Shown here in pieces: positions 10,924-20,195 of a DNA stretch of 64,000 nucleotides. Position 1 is the first letter of the stretch, and each line of letters begins with the position of its first letter. The DNA comes from Hyaloraphidium curvatum SAG 235-1. Its lineage: Eukaryota; Fungi; Monoblepharomycota. The stretch lies in the NCBI GenBank assembly GCA_025558095.1, contig JAIVFI010000011.1:744001-808000 (forward strand), written 5' to 3'. The translations under genes and the position numbers were made by a program. The notes under the pieces were generated by a model. The model was given only the letters and a program-made list of their open reading frames with translations. It searched no databases and had not been told where the DNA came from.

Positions 10924-12870
10924 TCAAAGCTTGAGACGAACAACGCCGAGTGCACGACGGGCCACATCCATGCGGGCTCCGGGGAGCGCCTTGGTGAGGA
11001 TATCGGCCGCGTTCTGCGCCGTAGGGACGTAGACCAGCTTGATCGCGTCGCGCTCGATCGCGTCGCGAAGGAAGAAGGACTTGATCGCCACGTGCTTGGT
11101 CGAGTCCTTCGAGGTAGGGGCCGCGGCCAGCGCGATCGCGCCGCGGTTGTCGCAGTAGATCACGGTGGGCTCCGTGACGGGCATGCCGATGGTGTCCAAC
11201 TTGTTCCGCCACGACAGGCCCTCCTTCGCCGCCATCACCACCCCGTGCAGCTCCGCCTCCGTCGAGCTCAGCGCGACCGTCTGCATCTTGCGCGAGATCC
11301 AGCTGATGGCTGCTCCGTTGTTGAAGAAGGCCAGGCCCGTCACCGACTTCCTGTCGTTGACGTCCGAGGCCCAGTCGGCGTCGGAGTACCCGTAGATCTG
11401 CCCCTTCCCTTGCGTGTACTTGATGCCGAAGTCGACCGTGCCGGCAAGGTAGCGCAGCAGCCGCTTGAGTGCTGCCCAGTGCTCCTGCCCGGGGTTGGTC
11501 ATGAACGCAGCCAGGTTGTGTACCGTGGAGACGATATCGGGGCGCGTCCCCTCCGCGAGGTACATGGCGAGCCCGACGCCCCTGGCGTACGGCTTATCGG
11601 CCATCGCGGCGCGCGCCTCCGGGGTCTGGGGGCACATGTCGAACGTGAGCACGCCCGAGTCCATGGGCGAGTTGACGGGCCGACAGTCCGTCATCCCGAA
11701 CTCCTCGAGCAGGTTGCGCGTGTATGTCGACTGGTCGATCGACGCCCACCCGTCCCCGCGGCGGATCCGCATCCCGACGATGAACTCGGGTTCGCCCTTG
11801 TCGGTGATGGTGAAGATCGACTTGAACTGGTTCTTCGCCTCGTCGAGGTACGCCCTGTCATTCGAGACCCAGAGCACGTCGTCGACGTAGATGGCTGCGA
11901 GGATCCACTTCCCGTCATCCGAATGACGGAAGTAGAGACAAGGATCTGCCGGCGAGTTCTCGAAGCCCATGCCCTGGAGGGTTCTGGCGGCCTCCTTCCT
12001 CGTCCTCAGCATGGCCTCCTCCTCCTGAGTCCCGTCGCCGCGCAGGGTGGCGTCCAGCTTGCGGTTCCACTCGTAGCCTGCCTGCCGGAGCCCGTAGAGC
12101 GGCCGAAGGAGGCGGAGCACGCCCCCCCTACCCGCAGCAGCCAAGAGCTCCTCGGTTTTGGCTTTCGTCGCGGCGTCAAGGTCGGGCTCCTTCAACACGA
12201 GCTCCAGGACCTGTGCGTAGCCTTCCGGCTCCCGCATGAACAGCAGTTCCTTCAGTTCGCCGAAGAGGTACGCCAGCTTCACGTCAGTGTGAGCGGCGTG
12301 GAGACTGGGATCGGCGAGGAGGGAAATGAGGAAGCGGATGGTGCTGAGCTTGGCCGTCGGAGCGAAGACCTCCTTGAAGTCGATGCCCTCCTTCTGCGTG
12401 AAGCCCTGCGCCACCAGCCGCGCCTTCTTCTTCTCCTCCGAGCCGTCCGAGTTGTACTTGGTCTTATTGGCCCATTTGCAGCCAATCGCGCGGCGTCCGG
12501 GCGGCAGCGTCGCCGCCTCGATGGTGTCGCGCTCAATGATGCCCCGGAGCTCGGCCACGAAAGCCTTCAGCCATGCCTCCCGGTGCGGGCCGGCCAGGGC
12601 TTCCTTGAAGGTGGGTTCCGGGTTCCCGATCTCGTCGACGTTCGCCACTCCGGCGAGCTCGACCGCGCGCTGCGCGGCGGAGGAGAGGAGGGCCGCCAGC
12701 CCGAGGTGGCTGGCCGCGAGGTGATCGTCCGGATCCACGTCTCCGTCCTCGTCGTCCTCCTTGATCGCCGAATGCTGGCGGTGAAGCTCCTCCCACTCGT
12801 CAAGCATGGATGATCCGTCGTTGATACGGCGCTGTCCGGCGCCGGCGCGGATGGAACGACGTGTTCCCCC
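10924..12870 (-). CDS. pol: Copia pol: reverse transcriptase + RNase H (-1 frame relative to the gag-IN ORF)
   Basis: EPTFKEAL, KKKARLVAQGFTQKEGIDF.EVFAP, LYGLRQAG..W, ADPCLY, IYVDD, GYSDADWA, SSTEAE, YCDN, ADILTKAL. Confidence 0.93.
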   Translation of the reverse strand, partial: GGTRRSIRAGAGQRRINDGSSMLDEWEELHRQHSAIKEDDEDGDVDPDDHLAASHLGLAALLSSAAQRAVELAGVANVDEIGNPEPTFKEALAGPHREAWLKAFVAELRGIIERDTIEAATLPPGRRAIGCKWANKTKYNSDGSEEKKKARLVAQGFTQKEGIDFKEVFAPTAKLSTIRFLISLLADPSLHAAHTDVKLAYLFGELKELLFMREPEGYAQVLELVLKEPDLDAATKAKTEELLAAAGRGGVLRLLRPLYGLRQAGYEWNRKLDATLRGDGTQEEEAMLRTRKEAARTLQGMGFENSPADPCLYFRHSDDGKWILAAIYVDDVLWVSNDRAYLDEAKNQFKSIFTITDKGEPEFIVGMRIRRGDGWASIDQSTYTRNLLEEFGMTDCRPVNSPMDSGVLTFDMCPQTPEARAAMADKPYARGVGLAMYLAEGTRPDIVSTVHNLAAFMTNPGQEHWAALKRLLRYLAGTVDFGIKYTQGKGQIYGYSDADWASDVNDRKSVTGLAFFNNGAAISWISRKMQTVALSSTEAELHGVVMAAKEGLSWRNKLDTIGMPVTEPTVIYCDNRGAIALAAAPTSKDSTKHVAIKSFFLRDAIERDAIKLVYVPTAQNAADILTKALPGARMDVARRALGVVRLKL

Positions 12871-15800
12871 CCTCGCCTCCTGGGGGTGGTCGTCTTGCGC
12901 CCCAGCATCCTGCCGATCATCCCCCCCGACCCCGAGGATTGCGCCCCAGCGGCGTCCGCGGGCGGAGAGGAGGGGGTCTCGTTGGCAGGGGCCGGGTTGT
13001 TGTCGCCGAAGACGACGCGCGGGCGCAGCGCCGGGTGCCCCTGCGTCGGCAGCGCGGGGAGGCGTACCGGCGGGATCACGCCCTCGTCGAAGACAGCAGT
13101 CTGGAAGTCCTTGTACGCCCCCGTCTTCGGGTCCGCAATCCGGAAGCCCTTCGTCCCCGGGGGAAAACCAACGAAGACGCCGGCGAAGCCGTGGGGGTCG
13201 AGCTTGTGCGGGAGCGTGCTGACCGGGATCCGCCCGACGGCGGGGCAGCCGAAGGCGGGGAGCTTGCCAAGCTTCGGCTTCTGGCCGTAGCGGGCTTCGT
13301 AGGGGGAGATGCCGCCGAGCGCGGCGTGGGGGGAGCGGTTTCCGAGCCAGTTGGCGTGGCGAACGGCGTGCGGCCAGAGGCGCTTCGGCAAGTTCGCATC
13401 CGTGAGCATGGTAAGCGCGCACTCCACGATGGTGCGGTTGTAGCGCTCGGCGATGCCATTCTGTGCCGAGGTGTTCGGTGCGGGAGTCTCCAGGCGTGCC
13501 CCCTTGTCCTCCAGATAGCGTCCCAGCTCCTCGTACTCACCGCCGCGATCGACGCGCGCAGCCTTGAGATTCCGCTCGCTTTCCGTCGCCCACTGCTTCG
13601 TCATCTTCTCGAAAGCCTTCGATGCGCCCGCCTTGCTGTAGTGCGTGATCAGATCCGCCCAGCGCGTGGCGTCGTCGATCGCCGTCGTGAAAACCTTGGA
13701 ACGATCGTGTCCCTCAACGCTCATGTCGCAGACATCCGAATGCACGAGATCCAAGAAGTCCCGCTCCTGTTTCTCCGCCGGCGGCATCGGCGCCTGCGTC
13801 AGTTTCCCTTGTGCGCAAGCGTAGCAGAAGCCGAGTTGCTGGCGGGTCCAGCCCGACGTGTCGACGTCAGCGAGGCCGTTCTTCCGCGCGATGTCATGCA
13901 TCCGGCCCTGGCTCATGTGCCCTAGACGGCGGTGCCACAGCTGGAATTCCTCGTGCTCGTCGAGCTTGACTGCGGGCAAAGCCTCCCCGGCCTCTGCCGA
14001 GGGTTTCGCGATGTAAGCCAGGATGGCGAACGACTTGCCGGGGGTTGAAAAGACAGCGCGCGGCTTCTTGTCGTCCTCGCGGCGGTAGATCTCACAGTAC
14101 GTGTGCTTGAAGGTGATCTTCTGGCCCTTCCTCGTCGCAAACTTGATGCTGAGTAGGTTGTACGCCAACTCGGGGACCACGAGGGTGTCGGGGAGCAGGC
14201 ACGGAACCCATCCGTCCTTCGATCTCGCCCAGATCACTGCGTCGCCGATCGCCGTGGCGGCAACCTGCGTCTTGTTGCCGAGGAAGACCTTCGATTCGAT
14301 GGGGCGCAGCGTTCCAGGCACGAAGCAATCCGTCCTGGGGGTCATGTGCGCCGTCGCTCCCGAATCGAGCTTCCAAACGTGCGCTCCGTTCCGAGAACTC
14401 TCCTCGAGATCGTCGGCCACGAGCGCGGTGTTGTCGGCCGTACCAGCCTCAGTAGGCGGCGCCCCTGCCGTCGGGCCCTCGCGCTTCGCCGCCTCCTCGG
14501 CGGGGAAACCCTGCTTGGGCACGATCGGGGCTCGTCCCGTCTTCACCTTCCCGCGCACGATCTCGGTCTCGTCCTCCGAGTCCGAGTCGATGTCCTCCAG
14601 AGGCGGCATCTCATTGTCCGCGACGGGGGCCGGGGAGGGGGTACTCTGGGCGCCATCGCCATTGTCGGTCGACGCGGTCGATTCCCGTCCAACCGACGCG
14701 TCCGAATCGTACAGGTGCTCATCGTCGGAGCTCCAGTTCTCGGCGTCGGAGGAATCAAGCGCGTCCTGAACCACGAACATGTCGGCCAGGGGATCGGCGT
14801 GAGCGGCGAGGAGCTCTTCCAGCTCGTCGTCATCGCCGGCGTCGTGCACGGCGATCAGGGAGAGTTGCTCTTCGTCGCTGCCACCGCCGGGCTGCGGAGG
14901 GGAGGGGCAGTTCTTCTTGATGTGCCCTGCGCCGCCGCAGTTGTAGCAGCGGACGGCGGCGGCGGGGCCCTGCCGCGGCGGCTTGCCGACGGTAGCCTTG
15001 CCCTTGTCGCCGTTCGCGGTCTGCTTCGGGGTTCCAGCGCCCTTGCCAGCTCCGTCGTTCTTGCGAGACGAAAGCTGCCGCTGGAGGGTGGTGACGAGCG
15101 CCTGGAGCTCGTCGTCCTTGAGATTCTTCGCATCCACGTCGCCGGTCGTCAGCTTCGCGGCTTCCTTCTTGGCGGCGGTGCCCGCGGGGGCCGGTCCAGC
15201 CTCAACGCGCGGGCGATCGCCTTGGGAAGCCTCCTCGTGACGGATGGCGAGCACAGCCCGGTCCATGGTGACCGGGATGCCTTGCGCGGCCGAAGTGCGG
15301 AGCATCTTGACCACCACGTCGTACTTCTTCTCCATCCCGCGCAGGAACAGCCTCAACTGCTCGTGATCGGGGCCGTAGCCGGGGTTGATGAGGCGCAGCG
15401 ACTCGGCGCTTTCGCGGATCCGATCGGCGAAAACCTCGATGCCCTCCCGCGGCTTCGGGGTCATGTTGGCGAAGTCCTGTAGCCAGATGTTCGCGTATTG
15501 CTGCGCCGTTGTGATGGCGTCCGCGGTGACGGCGTTGAACACCGCCTCGCATGCCATCATCCCGTCAAGGCGCATACGGATCGCATGGGTGTTGTCGACC
15601 GAGCGCCGGGCGATGCCCAGCGCCTTGCTGACGACTTTCTCGCGCTTCTCGAGCCTCGAGTCGAAAGACTCCCAGGCCTTCTGGATGGCGCTGATCTCGT
15701 TGGTCGACGACAGCCTTATCGACATGCCTTCGCGCTCATCAGGGCTGATCACCGTAAACGTCTCCACGTTCATCACTTCGCGGTACGCTCGGATCATCTG

Positions 15801-16082
15801 CGGGGTGGCGACGGCGATATCGACGCCGTCGCCTGCGGCGAGCTCCCGCAGGGCTTCGAGCCAGGTGTCCCGCATGTACGCGGGCTCGCGGGTGTAATCA
15901 GGCATGTTGAGCACGTATAGTCCCGGCCTCTCGAGCGGGGTTGGGATCGGAGCGGGCGTCCGCCGGTGGGCGTCAGCGACTTCGTTCACGCTCAGCGCAT
16001 TGGTGAGGCTGCGGAGCCAGGCAGGATAGTTCTTGCCGTCGTAACGGGCTCCGGTGTACGTGAAGGTGGTCGCCGATGCCAT
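12567..16082 (-). CDS. gag-pol: Copia gag-protease-integrase polyprotein
   Basis: Zinc knuckle CYNCGGAGHIKKNC, protease WKLDSGATAHM, WHRRLGH..CYAC, integrase LVHSDVC/RVDRGGEY/QNGIAERYNRT, SH3-like KLDP..GVFVGF. Confidence 0.93.
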   Translation of the reverse strand: MASATTFTYTGARYDGKNYPAWLRSLTNALSVNEVADAHRRTPAPIPTPLERPGLYVLNMPDYTREPAYMRDTWLEALRELAAGDGVDIAVATPQMIRAYREVMNVETFTVISPDEREGMSIRLSSTNEISAIQKAWESFDSRLEKREKVVSKALGIARRSVDNTHAIRMRLDGMMACEAVFNAVTADAITTAQQYANIWLQDFANMTPKPREGIEVFADRIRESAESLRLINPGYGPDHEQLRLFLRGMEKKYDVVVKMLRTSAAQGIPVTMDRAVLAIRHEEASQGDRPRVEAGPAPAGTAAKKEAAKLTTGDVDAKNLKDDELQALVTTLQRQLSSRKNDGAGKGAGTPKQTANGDKGKATVGKPPRQGPAAAVRCYNCGGAGHIKKNCPSPPQPGGGSDEEQLSLIAVHDAGDDDELEELLAAHADPLADMFVVQDALDSSDAENWSSDDEHLYDSDASVGRESTASTDNGDGAQSTPSPAPVADNEMPPLEDIDSDSEDETEIVRGKVKTGRAPIVPKQGFPAEEAAKREGPTAGAPPTEAGTADNTALVADDLEESSRNGAHVWKLDSGATAHMTPRTDCFVPGTLRPIESKVFLGNKTQVAATAIGDAVIWARSKDGWVPCLLPDTLVVPELAYNLLSIKFATRKGQKITFKHTYCEIYRREDDKKPRAVFSTPGKSFAILAYIAKPSAEAGEALPAVKLDEHEEFQLWHRRLGHMSQGRMHDIARKNGLADVDTSGWTRQQLGFCYACAQGKLTQAPMPPAEKQERDFLDLVHSDVCDMSVEGHDRSKVFTTAIDDATRWADLITHYSKAGASKAFEKMTKQWATESERNLKAARVDRGGEYEELGRYLEDKGARLETPAPNTSAQNGIAERYNRTIVECALTMLTDANLPKRLWPHAVRHANWLGNRSPHAALGGISPYEARYGQKPKLGKLPAFGCPAVGRIPVSTLPHKLDPHGFAGVFVGFPPGTKGFRIADPKTGAYKDFQTAVFDEGVIPPVRLPALPTQGHPALRPRVVFGDNNPAPANETPSSPPADAAGAQSSGSGGMIGRMLGRKTTTPRRRGGEHVVPSAPAPDSAVSTTDHPCLTSGRSFTASIRRSRRTTRTETWIRTITSRPATSGWRPSSPPPRSARSSSPEWRTSTRSGTRNPPSRKPWPARTGRHG

Positions 16083-16255
16083 GATGATGCGGGGGGCGAG
16101 CTTCGATGCGGGGCGCGGAAACTGCGGGTTGCGCGCTCGAGCGGGCAGGCGGTTCTCTCACGGGGAACTCGGCCGGACCGGTTGGAAGGGGCTCCGAAGA
16201 CGCTTCGGAGCCGAGTGAGTTCGAGTCAGACGACCAGTCGTCGAGCCGTGGGCTT

Positions 16256-16267
16256 GGGCTCATAACC
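16256..16267 (-). other. Primer binding site GGTTATGAGCCC (tRNA-iMet half-molecule type)
   Basis: Directly follows the ...GCTGACA end of the 5' LTR. Close to the Drosophila copia-type PBS GGTTATGGGCCC. Confidence 0.85.
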
Positions 16268-16518
16268 TGTCAGCGAGGGCAGCGCCGGGGGATCCGGGGG
16301 ATCTCGGCGCGGCACGGGGCGACGTGCGCTCGGGGGGTCTGGAGTGGCTCGCGTCGGGAACGTCTGATTGTACCGACCAACGGTGGGGAGTCTATTCGAG
16401 GGACAGGCATCCTTATATCCTGCTTTGCCACTGTGCGTCCTGCTCCGCCACGATGACGTCCCAATGACTCCTGAGTGTACCCGGTCCCAACCCATCCCAG
16501 CAATCGGAGCAAGGGCGT
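16268..16518 (-). repeat. 5' LTR (ends ...CA; first 10 nt missing)
   Basis: Identical to the other LTR over 228 bp. Reconstructed full LTR is about 261 bp with TG..CA ends. Confidence 0.93.
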
Positions 16519-16586
16519 CACGGTGAGTGTGGAAGGCAGCTGGACAGCAGACGTCACGGTGAGTGTGGAAGGCAGCTGGACAGCAG
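16516..16586 (+). repeat. Flanking direct repeat, tandem copies 2 and 3 (35 + 36 bp)
   Basis: CGTCACGGTGAGTGTGGAAGGCAGCTGGACAGCAG occurs twice, abutting the clipped LTR. Confidence 0.9.
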
Positions 16587-16706
16587 CCTCCCTGCATCCC
16601 CACCAAACACGATTTCATTTCGAATGATAACCATTCCGATGAGCTTACGAACCACCGCAGGCCCTCGCGTCATCCGATCGGGCTCACCGCGCCCCGAGCC
16701 CCAACC

Positions 16707-18338
16707 TCACCCCTTCCCCGGAGCAAGCGGCGCGCCCGCCTCGGCCAGCATCTCCGCCAGCGCCCACCTGTTCATGTAGAGGTCCCCCGCGATCCTGTCC
16801 TGCGCCTCGAGGTGCGCGATCCGCCGCCCGCCGGCGTCGCGGTCCGCGCGGAGGCCCTCCACCTCGGCGCGGAGGGATGCGAGCTCGCGGCGGAGTTCGG
16901 CGCGGAAGCTCGACTTCTTGCCCGGCGGGGCGGGCGGAGGGAGGGAGGCGCGGGGCTGCCTGGCAGGGGCGGGGACAGCCATCGGGGCGGGGGCAGCGGG
17001 AGGCGGCGCGGGCGCCTCCGGGTCGTACCCTTTCCCGTACCGCTCCCCCATCCGCTCCGACACTGCCCCGCGGAGCAGGCACACCTGCACCAGCCCCAGG
17101 GGCTGCAGCCTGCCCTGCCCGAACAGCGCGCGGTACAGGATCGCCATCCACGTGATCATGGCGCCGACGCTGGTGACCACGTCCAGGGCGGTGAAGGTGT
17201 ACACCGACGCGGCCTGCACCACGACGAAGCCGCCTAGTGTGTCGGCGGGGCGGTTCGCGGGGACGACGGAGACCTCGATGTGGCGGAGGTAGCCGCGGCG
17301 GAAGTCCGATCGGAGGACGGCCTGCCGCTGGGCGTCGGCGGCGTAGAACTCGCCACCTGGCGCAGAGATCGGGTCGCGGCGGCCGCCGCCGCGGTCCCCG
17401 GAGCCGGCGGTGCGGTCGACCGCGAAGGTCCACGAGAGCGTCGTGCGCGTGTTGAGCTCCACGCGGTAGGCGTCGAGGTCGCCGATGGCGAGGGCGCGGC
17501 CAGAGAGGAAGGCCTCGGTAGCCTTGGGATGCACGAGGGCGGCCCACACCGAGTCGCGCCACGCCCCGGGCTCGGCGTCGGTGCGGTTGGCGACGGGGGC
17601 GTCGATGCCCACCGAGTAGCTGCGGGTCCAGTTGGCGACCGGGGTGCCGCCGGCGACCGAGCGCGAGACGGGGAAGAGGTGGCAGGCAAAGAGCCCCGAG
17701 ATGTCGTCGAAGATGCCGTTCGAGGCCACGTAGTCCATGTCGTGCGAGAGCCAGAGCTCGACGGGCTCCGGCATGAGCGGGTAGCCCGACGCCTCGATTT
17801 CCACCTCGGTTGGCCCCCGGACGGGGCTAGAAGCCGAGGCCCCATTCTGCCTCGGCTCCACACGGCGGCGACGTGCACCGTTCCACGGCGAGCCGGTCAG
17901 GTTGCACCCAAACAGCCCGTCGTAGTCCGCCGGCGGCACGACGTCCTCGGACCCGTCATCCTGCCGCCCGACCTTCTTCGGCTTCGGCGCCTCCGCGGCG
18001 ATCTTCCCTGGCCCCACCTGCCACCACCTCGTCGTCGTCCTCGCGCCGGCGCCGCACAGGCCGAGCCGCACGCGGTCCAGGCACAGCAGCAGGTCGGGCT
18101 GCGGCAGCGGGCGCACCACCGTCGCATACTGCGTGATCGGCGTCTGCGTGAGAAACTGCCGCAGCGCGAGGCCGACGTACACCGCGCCGCCGGCGGCGAG
18201 CAGCGCGATGCCGAGGATGCGCGCGAAGAAGAGGGGCCGCGGGCCGATGCCGTACAGCCCACGCCGCAGCTCGCCGAGCGGGTCGCAGCCGCACCGTCGC
18301 GGCCGCGGGGTGGGCAAGTCCGCTTTGCGGGACTCCAT
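16707..18338 (-). CDS. Two-TM membrane protein with large ectodomain and C-terminal coiled coil (ENaC/DEG-like topology)
   Basis: TM1 then QFL..P.T......LPQPDLLLC; TM2 YTFTALDVVTSVGAMITWMAILYRALFG..RLQPLGLVQ; heptads ELASLRAEVEGLRA. Confidence 0.7.
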   Translation of the reverse strand: MESRKADLPTPRPRRCGCDPLGELRRGLYGIGPRPLFFARILGIALLAAGGAVYVGLALRQFLTQTPITQYATVVRPLPQPDLLLCLDRVRLGLCGAGARTTTRWWQVGPGKIAAEAPKPKKVGRQDDGSEDVVPPADYDGLFGCNLTGSPWNGARRRRVEPRQNGASASSPVRGPTEVEIEASGYPLMPEPVELWLSHDMDYVASNGIFDDISGLFACHLFPVSRSVAGGTPVANWTRSYSVGIDAPVANRTDAEPGAWRDSVWAALVHPKATEAFLSGRALAIGDLDAYRVELNTRTTLSWTFAVDRTAGSGDRGGGRRDPISAPGGEFYAADAQRQAVLRSDFRRGYLRHIEVSVVPANRPADTLGGFVVVQAASVYTFTALDVVTSVGAMITWMAILYRALFGQGRLQPLGLVQVCLLRGAVSERMGERYGKGYDPEAPAPPPAAPAPMAVPAPARQPRASLPPPAPPGKKSSFRAELRRELASLRAEVEGLRADRDAGGRRIAHLEAQDRIAGDLYMNRWALAEMLAEAGAPLAPGKG

Positions 18339-18748
18339 GGTTGCGGGGAGGGAGGCAAGGCAAATCGGGCTGTGGTCCGGCTGCGGCCCAGACCAGCCAC
18401 CCGCGATCCCTCACCCCCGCGAGCTCATCGTCACTTCATATTTCTAGTTGGAGGCGGAAAAAAACTACTATAAAGCTTAAAGAGAGGGATGAAAGGTCCG
18501 TGCAAGGAGCTGGCGGCGGCCCGCCGAATGGAAGCAGCATGACTTTCGGTCTGCGGTTTCACCTGACCTGAGGCTGCCAGTGGCGTCTCCCAGATCCAGA
18601 CCAAACGGTCAAAGGTCCTAGAGAAGCAATAGGATAGGGGGATTCTTGCCTGCGAGACCGCGGGTGGGTCACACGCCGATCAGACCGATCAGGCGGGTTC
18701 GCTCGCGGCTGAGGTCGACCACGCGCCTCCTTTGCCCCGCCTACCGCG

Positions 18749-19877
18749 ATGGCGTACCCGTGGATGTTTGCCGAGCGCATGGGCCTCGCCCCGCCGGCGC
18801 CGCCGAAGCCGCCGCGGCGCACGCTCCCCGCTCCGGGCTCCGCAGGATACCCGCGCACGGCGTCCTTCGAGGTGCTTCGCGCGTTGTCCCGGCAAATCGC
18901 GTGACTCACGCGTCTCTCCGCGCAATTAAATGCGATTTAGGACTAAGACGTCAACTGGGATTACTGCGAGGGCGGCCCGGCGCACCCGCTGCCGCGCGAG
19001 GGGTTCGGCAGCGTGTTCGGCCCCGCCGCGGGCGCGTCCCGTGCGGAGGGCACCGCGCAGGCGCGGAAGCTCCTCTCGCGGGCACGCAATGCGCTCAAGG
19101 ACGTCTTCACCTTGCGCCACCCGCAGGCCCGGAACGACGCGGACGTGCTGCCCGACGACGCGTACGAATACGTGCTGTCGGGAGGGCCGGTCGGCGCCGC
19201 CCCCGGGGCCGCGGCGTGCGCGTGGCTCGAGGCGTGCACCAGCGGCGACAAGGACTTCCCGCCGTGGGTCGTGCTTACCATGGGCCCCGGCATCGATGAG
19301 GCCACCAAGCGGGCGGCCAGCAACGCCCTGACCGCCGCGTTCCCGATGCTGGCCGAGGTCCCGCACCGCCGCATTGATCTCGGCGAGGTGCGCTTGGATC
19401 GCGGAGCTGGCAGCTTCCGCCTGTTTGCCACGACCGGGTTCGGCCCGCGCGAGGGGGAGCCCGGGTTCACGGGCATGGGCGAGCGGGCGAGCGAGACCAG
19501 TCTCGGCACCGTGCTCTCCCTCGTCGAGTCCCACGCAAACCTCGAGGTCGGAAGGGCGCTCATTAGCTACAGCAACGGCGAGATGGACCGGGCGGGCGTG
19601 ACCGTGGAGCTCGTCGGCGCGGCGGACGAGTGGCGCCGCTTCGGGATCGGCGCGGCCATGTGCCGCCAGGTCGAGCGGTTTGCCGCGCGCACGTTCAGAT
19701 GGGCGGAGGTGCTCCCCGTGCAGGTCAGCTACGTGACCAACCGGGGCGGCGGCGGGGATGTTCCTGGCGGCGGGGTTCCAGGACCAGGACGGGATGCTGG
19801 AGGAAATGGTAAAGATGGTGTACCCGGACGACGTGCTCCAGGGTGACGATTGGATCAACAACGACGAGGCCATGTAG
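18749..19877 (+). CDS. GNAT N-acetyltransferase-domain protein; 1-nt frameshift at 19743-19746; 5' exon structure uncertain
   Basis: Motif A VELVGAADEWRRFGIGAAMCRQVE. Removing one G gives motif B TNRAAAGMFLAAGF and a stop at 19877. Confidence 0.65.
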
Positions 19878-20195
19878 CTGTTCTGGCGAGCTCCATCCCT
19901 TTTCCGTTGTACCTCATCGAAGAGATTTCGTGGGCGTTGGGCCCCGATCTTGCGTGCCCGCCTTCGCAAGCACGATTCCGGCCCCGGCGCTTTGGGCGGA
20001 CCGTTTCCTGGACGGCTGTACTATCCCATCCGGGAAGCCTAGAGCGCGGCTCAATGCCTCGGTGGGATCGGCGGGTCGGGCATTCGCCCCATGGCTCAGC
20101 CGCACATGCACAGCACTGCTTAGCTCCGACAAGTTGAGAGAACATAAAGCCAGCGCGCGCACTCCACGGCAGCGCTGCTTCCTAAAGACAAAGAT

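Larger units (their letters stand above)
10664..16518 (-). mobile_element. Ty1/Copia LTR retrotransposon, recent, with both outer LTR ends truncated
   Basis: Two LTRs identical over 228 bp, PBS, PPT, and domain order gag-PR-IN-RT-RNaseH. Confidence 0.97.

Noticed and set aside
16516-16586. 36-bp direct repeats as a CRISPR array
   Set aside because: The copies abut with no spacer, there are no cas genes, the context is eukaryotic, and target duplication explains them better.
19843-20195. N-terminal part of the 484-aa ORF as part of the HNH protein
   Set aside because: It looks non-coding. The true start is ATG 20196 with a frameshift a few codons later.
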